DNA of 10,659 nt from Candidatus Zixiibacteriota bacterium (GTDB lineage Bacteria; Zixibacteria; MSB-5A5; CAIYYT01): positions 1 to 10,659 of the forward strand of contig JBECKX010000200.1 of assembly GCA_040235515.1 (NCBI GenBank), read 5' to 3'. The notes under the pieces were generated by a model. The model worked only from the letters and a program-made list of their open reading frames with translations, had not been told where the DNA came from and did not search any database. The position numbers were made by a program, and so were the translations under genes. The number at the start of each line of letters is the position of its first letter. Position 1 is the first letter of the stretch. This document shows, piece by piece, positions 1 through 6,933 of this stretch.

Positions 1-734
1 GAATAATCCCCTGCGACTTCATTGTATTGTCCCCCGGCGATTGCGGCATGAGTCCCACTAGCCGTATTGCGACTTCCACCGGCAACTACCGACGAGTCAC
101 CACTCGCTGTGTTTCCATGACCACCGCCAACGGTCGAACGACTGCCGCTGGCCTCATTCCCCGAACCACCACCAACAGTAGAGTTCGTACCAAGCGCTGT
201 GTTGTTGTTGCCGCCTGAAATGGTTGCCCTGAATCCACCGGCATCATTTTGCCGACCGGCAACGAATGCTTCACTTCCGGATGGCGCGTGACCCGTACCG
301 ATGCGGACATCACCCTGGATCTCGACATCACCAGTGACCATGCCACCACTCGCGCCATCAATTGTGGATGTCCGCAACGCAAACGCCGAGCTGGTCAACT
401 TGGTGCGTGGCGCAATCTCGGGGTCACCATCAACCGCAATGCCGAGCCATCTGCTGGAATCTGCAAAAACGGCGTCGAGTATTGGATTGACAGAACCCAA
501 TACCACCGAGAAGAGACCATCAACGGTGGTGATACTTTGAGTCTCGCTCCATTGCGAACTGCCACCGCTTGCGGCGTCATAGATTGTGAATACGACTGAG
601 TAGCTCCCATCAGCGACAGCGTCACCCGCTGAATCGGTCAGGTAGCCCTGGTAGTTGAGTTCCGTTGGAGTGGCGGCGAGGACGCTAATCGAAAGAATCG
701 CCGTCAACCAGAAGGTGGTGATTGTCTGTTTCAT
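1..734 (-). CDS. Secreted trimeric fibre/adhesin-like protein with YadA-head-like (Hep/Hag) repeats; paralog of 796..2262; 3' end runs off the window (partial)
   Basis: Not in the ORF track because there is no stop in the window. Manual translation from ATG 734: MKQTITTFWLTAILSISVLAATPTELNYQGYLTDSAGDAVADGSYSVVFTIYDAASGGSSQWSETQ...GGGSGNEASGSRSTVGGGHGNTASGDSSVVAGGSRNTASGTHAAIAGGQYNEVAGDY. Open for 244 codons, signal peptide, SD-like GAGGA at 744-748, colinear with the N-terminal half of the 488-aa neighbour. Confidence 0.93.
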   Translation of the reverse strand, partial: MKQTITTFWLTAILSISVLAATPTELNYQGYLTDSAGDAVADGSYSVVFTIYDAASGGSSQWSETQSITTVDGLFSVVLGSVNPILDAVFADSSRWLGIAVDGDPEIAPRTKLTSSAFALRTSTIDGASGGMVTGDVEIQGDVRIGTGHAPSGSEAFVAGRQNDAGGFRATISGGNNNTALGTNSTVGGGSGNEASGSRSTVGGGHGNTASGDSSVVAGGSRNTASGTHAAIAGGQYNEVAGDY

Positions 735-795
735 CGTTGTTCTTCCTCGCTTGGCAAGTCAAGGTTCTCCCCGGTGGATGCTCCCATGCCGTTGG

Positions 796-2262
796 TCATT
801 GCTTCTTGATTACTGCACACTTGATGAATTTGTCCTGGAGGTCGCTGTCGCCCGTGGCATAGTGATAGATCTGGAGTGCATAAAGGAGTGCATAGCCGAT
901 GCCAGGTGCACTCACGAACTCAAAGTCGCCACAGTCTACACAGAGTGGGCCCGAAGGGTTGTCTAAGGTGTAATGGCTGCCGAGCGCATACCCAGTGTAC
1001 AGGACATCCCAGCCAGCCGGCGCCGTGTGAGTCCCCCAGATTGTCAGAGCCGTCGTGCTGCTGTAACAGACTGCCGCCGGCACGAATGACTCCTCAGGGA
1101 TGCAAGGGGGCAATCCGCTGTCAGTCCGCAACGCGAAGAGTGCCCTGTTGCCGGCGTTAGTGTCTCCAGGGTCACCGCCCTGTACGACAATTGGGTCTAC
1201 AGGACCGGTTTGTTGATAGTGTCCGGCATAGCCGAAGCCACTATAGATCAGGCTTGCGCCAGCAGGCGCGGTGCTGTTTCCCCAGCGAATGAAAGTACTC
1301 CCGCCGCCACCACCGCCATTTACCCAACCGGCCTGGCCACTACCGTCGGTGCCGAGCACCTGTCCGGCACTGCCATCCGCGGTTGGCAATTCATACCCGG
1401 TGGCTTCATTACCAATCCGCACGTGCGGCATATCAACCATGAAGGTCGAGTCTTGCGTGAGGTCGCTGTCGATGCCGAACAGGACGGAGTGGTTCGCATC
1501 CGAGCTGATTGAATCCGCATAGCCTGCGGTAAATGAATAATCCCCGGCGGCTTCGTTGTATTGTCCACCGGCGATTGTGGCGTGATTACCGCTAGCCGTG
1601 TTGCGACTGCCACCGGCAACTACCGATGAGTCACCACTTGCTGTATTGCCATGTCCGCCGCCAACGGTCGAGCGACTGCCGCTTGCGTCATTTCCCGAGC
1701 CACCGCCGACGACCGAGTTGCCACCCAGCGCATCATTTCCACTGCCGCCCCCGACGACGGAGCGAAATCCGGCCGCATTATTGTTCTCACCTGCCACGAA
1801 TGCAGCATTGCCCGAAGTACCATGCCCCTGGCCGATGCTGGCCTGACCGCTGATTTCCAGATCGCCGCTGAGTGCGCCCCCCTCGGCACCATCAACGGTT
1901 GCAGTCCGGAAGGCCCACGGTACCGCGACCAGCATCGTGCGAGGCATTATTTCAGGATCCGCGCCAACCGCGATTCCGAGAAAGCGTGGTGAGTCACTGA
2001 AGACCGAGTCAGATAGCGGTGTTTGCGCCCCGAGCTGCACACTGAAAATCCCGGCTGTCGTCGCAACAGACTGGATCTCACTCCATTTGCTGCTGCCACC
2101 GGTTGCCGCATCATAAATCGTGAATGTTACCGAGTAGCTGCCATCAGCGACCGGATCGCCGGAAGCATCGGTCAATAGCCCCTGATAGCTGATCTCCGCT
2201 GGAGCCGCCCATAGCGACGCAGCAGCCATCAGTAGCAGAAAGAGAGCCATAAACAACTTCAT
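796..2262 (-). CDS. Secreted trimeric fibre/adhesin-like protein: signal peptide, 'ISYQGxLTD' N-terminal domain, YadA-head-like repeats, fibre motif, Gly6 linker, C-terminal collagen IV/short-chain collagen NC1 (C4)-like domain
   Basis: 488-aa ORF; AGGAG at 2273-2277; hydrophobic Sec signal (MKLFMALFLLLMAAASLWA). It has ~14-aa GGGxxNxASGxxSxV repeats and the tail-fibre-type motif LPTADGSAGQVLGTDGSGQAGW. The C-terminal 167 aa consist of two WGxxTAPAGxxxxYxG...HY repeats. Confidence 0.9.
   Translation of the reverse strand: MKLFMALFLLLMAAASLWAAPAEISYQGLLTDASGDPVADGSYSVTFTIYDAATGGSSKWSEIQSVATTAGIFSVQLGAQTPLSDSVFSDSPRFLGIAVGADPEIMPRTMLVAVPWAFRTATVDGAEGGALSGDLEISGQASIGQGHGTSGNAAFVAGENNNAAGFRSVVGGGSGNDALGGNSVVGGGSGNDASGSRSTVGGGHGNTASGDSSVVAGGSRNTASGNHATIAGGQYNEAAGDYSFTAGYADSISSDANHSVLFGIDSDLTQDSTFMVDMPHVRIGNEATGYELPTADGSAGQVLGTDGSGQAGWVNGGGGGGSTFIRWGNSTAPAGASLIYSGFGYAGHYQQTGPVDPIVVQGGDPGDTNAGNRALFALRTDSGLPPCIPEESFVPAAVCYSSTTALTIWGTHTAPAGWDVLYTGYALGSHYTLDNPSGPLCVDCGDFEFVSAPGIGYALLYALQIYHYATGDSDLQDKFIKCAVIKKQ
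1474..1833 (-). repeat. ~14-residue (42-nt) degenerate coding repeats, YadA-head-like beta-roll; the equivalent block in the paralog is at 1..299
   Basis: Units such as VVGGGSGNDALGGN / SVVGGGSGNDASGSR / STVGGGHGNTASGDS / SVVAGGSRNTASGNH / ATIAGGQYNEAAGDY. Confidence 0.85.
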
Positions 2263-2404
2263 CTCTCACCAACTCCTGGATTGTAGATATCTATCTGCCG
2301 GACTCACCACCGGGTGAAACCGGACATCTTGTTTCTGTCTTTGTTGATTGATACAGGAAGCCGACGGGACTCGCTGAGTCACCGACAATGCGACAACTGG
2401 ATAG

Positions 2405-2578
2405 CTAATCACCCTGATCCAGCCAGACAACCAGATCCTCCAGTGAACTGAACAGGATCTCCTGTTGCCTGTTGAAATCGAGCGCCTTGCCCTGCCACTC
2501 GCCCTGTCTCTTCACGATATGGAGCAGAACCCTGCGTTCGTCCTTCTCTGCCTCGTTGTCATTCCGTCTGCGTGCCAC
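2405..2578 (-). CDS. Unannotated 57-aa small protein (W-x-G...F-x-S-L-E-D-L-x-x-W-L type), probably leaderless
   Basis: GTG 2578 to TAG 2405 gives MARRRNDNEAEKDERRVLLHIVKRQGEWQGKALDFNRQQEILFSSLEDLVVWLDQGD. It is below the ORF-track size cutoff. The pattern (hydrophobic strand, WQG, FSSLEDLVVWL helix) resembles small hypothetical proteins I recall next to BTAD regulators. It starts 6 nt after a TACTCT -10 box. Confidence 0.75.
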   Translation of the reverse strand: MARRRNDNEAEKDERRVLLHIVKRQGEWQGKALDFNRQQEILFSSLEDLVVWLDQGD

Positions 2579-2584
2579 ACCGTC

Positions 2585-2618
2585 AGAGTAGCTGGAGGGA
2601 TCACAAAGCGATCACAAA
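2585..2618 (-). promoter_or_regulatory. Putative SARP-activated promoter: direct repeat TTTGTGATC x2 (2610-2618, 2599-2607), 8-bp spacer, -10 TACTCT (2585-2590)
   Basis: The minus strand reads TTTGTGATC-GC-TTTGTGATC-CCTCCAGC-TACTCT-GACGGT-GTG. This is a perfect 9-mer repeat with 11-bp period, next to a wHTH-BTAD regulator gene. Confidence 0.72.
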
Positions 2619-2658
2619 AATGGACTATTTCGCTTCACGAATGATATTTTTTCGAGGC

Positions 2659-2686
2659 TTGCAAATCGACGCTGAATTGTTATTAT
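2659..2686 (+). promoter_or_regulatory. Putative sigma70 promoter of the regulator gene
   Basis: TTGCAA (2659-2664), 16 bp, TATTAT (2681-2686), with an extended -10 TG at 2678-2679; about 40 nt upstream of the TTG start. Confidence 0.55.
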
Positions 2687-2725
2687 GCAGTCAACCATTC
2701 ACTTAGAGTCCACGACGTTTCGATC

Positions 2726-5700
2726 TTGCAGATAGCAAAGCACAAGATTACCCCGCCTCGGCCGCTGGGTTACTTCATTCAGCGCGACCGCCTCCTCAGC
2801 ACCTTTGATGGTTCCGATACGACAGGGGTTCTTGTCATCGCGCCTGCAGGGTACGGTAAGACTGCGCTGATTTCGCAGTTTTTCGATAAACTGCCGAAGC
2901 AGATGAAGTGCTGGCTCAATCTCGACTACGATGACTCCGCTCCGGAGAGGTTTGCCCACTACTTCGTCGGTGCACTTGCCGCAACGGTTGCAGATGTGCG
3001 ATCCAGCGGCTTGATGGACCGTGCGCGCGGGGGCATGACCGACCTCAAATCGCTCTGCGATGATCTGGTGTTGCTGTTTGACCAATACAATAAAGCGCCA
3101 GTCTGGTTTGCGCTCGACAACTGGGAGCGGGTCAATGACAGCAAAGAGATCTGTGCCTTCGTCGAGCGATTCCTCTCAATCCCCGGAATCAAGCTCCGCC
3201 TGATTCTGAACTCGCGCGTTAAACCGCAGATGAAATTCAGGCGCAATCAGGAGAAGGGACTGCTGCGAATCGTCGAGAAACGGACACTCAAATTTACTCG
3301 TGAAGAGCTGGCGCTGGCGGTGAGGAAAAGAACCGGCTCGACGCCGGAGGCTCGTGTTGTCGATCAGTTCTTCAAACTCACAGATGGGTGGTGTGTTGTT
3401 GCGGGTCTCCTCAAGGCACGACTGGCGGAAGCCCGCTTTCTCTCCGATGTCGCCGAACTGACCGATCTGGCGGAGCTTCAGGATTATCTCGTACAGGAGA
3501 TGTTCAACGAATGCTCCCACGAATTGTATGACTTCCTCGTTCGCTGCTCACCGCTTGATACGCTTTCACCGACTGGCTGTGCCGCGGTCGAGCAGGAGGC
3601 CGCCAGGATCGATTCGCTGCTGGCTGAGTTGCGCGACTCCGGCATACCCTACTCCGAACTCGATTCCGCCGCGCTCAGGCTGCATCCGATTATCGCAAAG
3701 GCACTCAAGGATGCCTTCAAGCAGAACTACAGTCGCGAGGACCGAATCCGCGTCTGCCGTCGCATCGTCGATTACTATGTTGCACAGGATGATCTGGAAA
3801 ACGCAATAGAGTTGTTGCTGGAGATAGAAGCCTATGAGGATGCGCTGCGTCTGATCAAGGCTCACTGGAACACTCTGGTGTTCCAGAACAAGCTGCTCGC
3901 GGTCAATCAGTGGTTAAGTCAGATTCCGGAGGAGTCACAGTCGCTTCCGGAATTCATCCTCAACTATATCGAATGTCAGCACTGGCTCGGAAACTATCAA
4001 GGCGTCATCGAAAAGGCCGGCCCACTACTTGAATCGGGCGCGCTGGAACATGACAAAGACCTGCTCGGACTTACCTGGCACAGATACTTCAAGTGTCGAA
4101 AAGCGGTGCAAAGCCGGGATCTCTATGACGAATACCGCGAATCATGGCAGCAGTTTGAACGGCACCACGGCCCCTTCAGTCCGGTCGTGCTGGTCGGCAT
4201 CCACGACATGCTCTCCTATGTGGCCTTCCTCGAATACCGCTTCAACGAAGCGGCACACCATACGAGGGAAGCATTGAGTATCGTAGATGGCGCCGATCCG
4301 CATGGCAGTGCGTGGTACTTCGCACAACTGCAGTTCAATATTCACTTGATCGGGGAGTCCGATACTGCGATCAAGGCGCTCGAGGAACAAATCGAGAGCA
4401 TAACCGCAGCAAGCGGAGGGCAGTATCCCGCACACCTCGCATCATTCCTGGCGGTGATCCTCACCGAAGTGGGGCAGTTCGAGAAAGCCCTGGCCATCGT
4501 ACGTCGCGGCCAGGAGGGCCTCGGCGAGATAGGCGTGTTCAATGAACACATGCGGCATATGTTCATGCGCTGCGAAGGCATCTGCCTGACTTACCTCGGA
4601 TTCAATGACCGGGGACTGCAAACCCTCGAGACAGCTCTCAGGCAGGCGGAGGCAGTGCTCCCTCCATTCGTTCGAACCTCCGCGATTCTGCTCAACTACT
4701 ATCGTCTGCTGGCGGACAGGTCTATCGACACACAGGTGCTTCCGCAGTTTAAAGACAAACCGGCCGTATCGCATGACTACATCTTCGGTGCAGTCACGCA
4801 ACTTTACCGGGGCGTCAAAGCGGGTGACTTTGTGGAGGCCCGACGCTGGTGCGACCAGTTAATCGAGATCGTGACTCGCTGCAAACTCGAGCCGTGGATC
4901 ATGATTATCTCGTTCTGGCACTCTTTGATTGCTGATCGCCTGGGTGAATCCGAGGCTGCCAAAAGACAGCTTGAGACAGCAGTGTCAACGTTTAACAAGC
5001 TTCAGTGGCAGTCATTTCCGCTGATCAACTCAGAGCTGGCCGCCCACATCATTACCTCAGCGTTGTACTGGGGCATTAAGATCAGCCACGGTGATGAACT
5101 GATGAGATTCTGCAGCAGGCGCGATCTGAGCATTGCGCTCAGCGGATTGTTGCAACGCGAGTCGGCAACGGAATCACAGCAGGCCAGGTTGGTTGAATGG
5201 GCAGCACGTCACAAAATCGTCGGACTCTCTCAGGCGGTCGCTCCGTTGCAGAAGAGCCGCGATCAGCAACTGGCCAGGTCAGCCGCCCACTACGTCGAGA
5301 CAGAGGCTGACTTCCCCTTGTTACCGCTATACGTTGGGACGCTGGGACCGCTCTCGGTCAATGTTGATGGCAGAAGTGTCGAGTTTGAGCGCAAGAAATC
5401 GAAACTGCTCTTTGCAGTCCTGCTGGCGAACCATCCCGGCGCGGTGCATGAGGAAGCACTCCTGGATACACTGCTGGCCGGAAAACAGGTGCGTCGCCCA
5501 CTGGCCAATATCCGTACGATCGCATCCTCGCTCAGGAACTCCCTGCAGGGAGCCGTGAAGAGTTCATCCCAGTATATCGAATACGAGGATGGAATGTACA
5601 GGCTCAACCTTCCCAAATCGTCATTCGTCGATGTCGCGGAACTTGACTCACTGTATCGAATCGCAACCGGCGCGGCGCTCGCTCCGGGTGAAGTCAAGGA

Positions 5701-6076
5701 GGAGGATGCGCGCAGGATCACCGACGTCCTTGATCTCTACCGCGAGGACTTCTTGCCGGAGTATCGATACGAAGCATTTGCTACGGAGGTGAGGGAACGG
5801 GTGCGCGCCCAGTATCTGCAACTCTCTGCCTTCGCCGTTGAGTACCTGATCGACAAGAAGAAGTATCAGCTGGCTGAGAAGTACCTGCTTGCCGGGCTTG
5901 AGCGTGAGCCGATCTGGACCGATGGAATAGAGTTGGCGATCAGGTTGTTCAAGTTGTGCGGGCAGACAATCAAAGGGATCAAAGCCTACCAGAAATATGT
6001 CAAGAATCTCAAGCAGGAACTCGACGTCGGGCCGAGCAAAAAACTCCAGGAGCTATTTCAGAGCTCGCTGGAGTAG
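2726..6076 (+). CDS. MalT-like STAND ATPase / TPR transcriptional regulator with C-terminal SARP (OmpR-type wHTH + BTAD) module
   Basis: 1116 aa, TTG start. MalT-type motifs: KITPP...RDRLL, Walker A APAGYGKT (2840-2863), WLNLDYDDSAPERF, Walker B FALDNW, TDGW, LQDYLVQEMF, LRLHPII. Helical TPR-like middle. From residue ~868 SARP motifs: TLGPLSV..DG, VDVAEL, LDLYREDFL, LKQELDVGPS. Confidence 0.93.
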   Translation: MQIAKHKITPPRPLGYFIQRDRLLSTFDGSDTTGVLVIAPAGYGKTALISQFFDKLPKQMKCWLNLDYDDSAPERFAHYFVGALAATVADVRSSGLMDRARGGMTDLKSLCDDLVLLFDQYNKAPVWFALDNWERVNDSKEICAFVERFLSIPGIKLRLILNSRVKPQMKFRRNQEKGLLRIVEKRTLKFTREELALAVRKRTGSTPEARVVDQFFKLTDGWCVVAGLLKARLAEARFLSDVAELTDLAELQDYLVQEMFNECSHELYDFLVRCSPLDTLSPTGCAAVEQEAARIDSLLAELRDSGIPYSELDSAALRLHPIIAKALKDAFKQNYSREDRIRVCRRIVDYYVAQDDLENAIELLLEIEAYEDALRLIKAHWNTLVFQNKLLAVNQWLSQIPEESQSLPEFILNYIECQHWLGNYQGVIEKAGPLLESGALEHDKDLLGLTWHRYFKCRKAVQSRDLYDEYRESWQQFERHHGPFSPVVLVGIHDMLSYVAFLEYRFNEAAHHTREALSIVDGADPHGSAWYFAQLQFNIHLIGESDTAIKALEEQIESITAASGGQYPAHLASFLAVILTEVGQFEKALAIVRRGQEGLGEIGVFNEHMRHMFMRCEGICLTYLGFNDRGLQTLETALRQAEAVLPPFVRTSAILLNYYRLLADRSIDTQVLPQFKDKPAVSHDYIFGAVTQLYRGVKAGDFVEARRWCDQLIEIVTRCKLEPWIMIISFWHSLIADRLGESEAAKRQLETAVSTFNKLQWQSFPLINSELAAHIITSALYWGIKISHGDELMRFCSRRDLSIALSGLLQRESATESQQARLVEWAARHKIVGLSQAVAPLQKSRDQQLARSAAHYVETEADFPLLPLYVGTLGPLSVNVDGRSVEFERKKSKLLFAVLLANHPGAVHEEALLDTLLAGKQVRRPLANIRTIASSLRNSLQGAVKSSSQYIEYEDGMYRLNLPKSSFVDVAELDSLYRIATGAALAPGEVKEEDARRITDVLDLYREDFLPEYRYEAFATEVRERVRAQYLQLSAFAVEYLIDKKKYQLAEKYLLAGLEREPIWTDGIELAIRLFKLCGQTIKGIKAYQKYVKNLKQELDVGPSKKLQELFQSSLE

Positions 6077-6106
6077 GCTACACGCCTTCAGCACCCGCTC
6101 TGGACA

Positions 6107-6137
6107 GGGCTACGCCGGTGCAGTTGCAGCGCAGCCC
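6107..6137. terminator. GC-rich hairpin between convergent genes; possible terminator or mRNA 3'-stabiliser
   Basis: GGGCTACGC (6107-6115) pairs with GCGCAGCCC (6129-6137) with one mismatch. There is no U-tract, so it is not a canonical intrinsic terminator. Confidence 0.3.
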
Positions 6138-6142
6138 GGCTG

Positions 6143-6874
6143 CTAAGCGGCGGAGAGTGCGTTATCAAGAGCACGCAGTAGCCCGGCGCCATCCCCCCGC
6201 CACGCGCTGCCATGCATGCACGCCAGCGTTGTGGGATTCGTGGCTGCCAGCCGTTCAAACATAGCGTGAGCATTCCGGGTGTGCGAGTAGTAGTCCATCA
6301 TGTTGCGGAATGCTTCGCTTGGTCCCAGAATGTCACTTTCTGTGATCGGGGGAAGATCGGTTCCGCCCTGCGTGAACAGGTCACCGCAAAGCAGGGTCGA
6401 AGTCTGTTCCTCAAACATGAACCCGCAATCCCAGGCATGCGGAAGGTGTGGCGTCTCGAACCACTGCACTCGCTTCTTTCCGAGCGATAGCTGATCCCCG
6501 TCATGCAGCGCGCGCGGCGGTCGGTCGGCCATATCCTCGATCGATACGAGCGCACTGATCGCTCCGCACAGCGGAACAGATTGTGGAGCGGCATGAAGCC
6601 ATTCATTGAGTGAGCCGCATTCATCCGCTTCCACATGTGAAAACGCGACGTAGCGAAGTCGCTCGACCGGCATCACGGTTGCGACCGCTTCGCGTACCAG
6701 TGGAAACATCCTGCGCGGGCCGGTATGGAAAAGCAGCGGTTCGTCATCCAAGATGAGATACTGATTGAACGAGAAGCCCGGCGTACCCTCGATAGCAACC
6801 GGCGTATTGATCCGGAAAATCTGATCAACGATCTCGACCACATTTGTCCCGGACTGCTTGTTTGTAACCGTCAT
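6143..6874 (-). CDS. Stand-alone metallo-beta-lactamase-fold protein, FprA/ODP (di-iron)-like, without flavodoxin domain
   Basis: 243 aa; strong SD AAGGAGG at 6880-6886; motifs FNQYLILDDEPLLFHTG, SHVEADECG, TPHLPHAW, LCGDLF, CMHG. Confidence 0.88.
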   Translation of the reverse strand: MTVTNKQSGTNVVEIVDQIFRINTPVAIEGTPGFSFNQYLILDDEPLLFHTGPRRMFPLVREAVATVMPVERLRYVAFSHVEADECGSLNEWLHAAPQSVPLCGAISALVSIEDMADRPPRALHDGDQLSLGKKRVQWFETPHLPHAWDCGFMFEEQTSTLLCGDLFTQGGTDLPPITESDILGPSEAFRNMMDYYSHTRNAHAMFERLAATNPTTLACMHGSAWRGDGAGLLRALDNALSAA

Positions 6875-6905
6875 ACAGTCCTCCTTAACAAAGACAGTTA
6901 TATCA

Positions 6906-6933
6906 ATATTAGCGAAGACCGCGCGCGAGGCAA
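6906..6933 (-). promoter_or_regulatory. Possible sigma70 promoter for the MBL-fold gene
   Basis: Minus strand TTGCCT (6933-6928), 16 bp, TAATAT (6911-6906), preceded by a T-rich UP-like tract. Confidence 0.4.

Noticed and set aside
1300..1317. Gly6 tract as a phase-variable simple repeat
   Set aside because: It is encoded by mixed codons (GGC/GGT/GGG), so it is a linker and not a slippage tract.
1..1710. Repeat pair 1..176 / 1535..1710 as a diversity-generating retroelement TR/VR
   Set aside because: Mismatches are mostly synonymous and involve all bases rather than being adenine-specific. Both copies lie mid-gene in intact paralogs, and no reverse transcriptase is in the window.
27..1992. 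Short ORFs over the fibre genes (e.g. 249..599, 655..966, 1598..1846, 86..382)
   Set aside because: They are antisense or off-frame shadows of the two Gly-rich fibre genes and have no recognisable motifs.
796..2262. True collagen or a eukaryotic contaminant
   Set aside because: There is no Gly-X-Y run. The gene is intronless, has an SD, and sits among clearly bacterial genes.
2433..2460. Inverted repeat AGATCCT...AGGATCT as an operator or ncRNA
   Set aside because: It falls inside the 57-aa ORF and is explained by its coding sequence (EIL...EDL); there is no independent support.
2699..6264. Many 60-143 aa ORFs overlapping the regulator
   Set aside because: They are shadow ORFs of a long, motif-rich gene.
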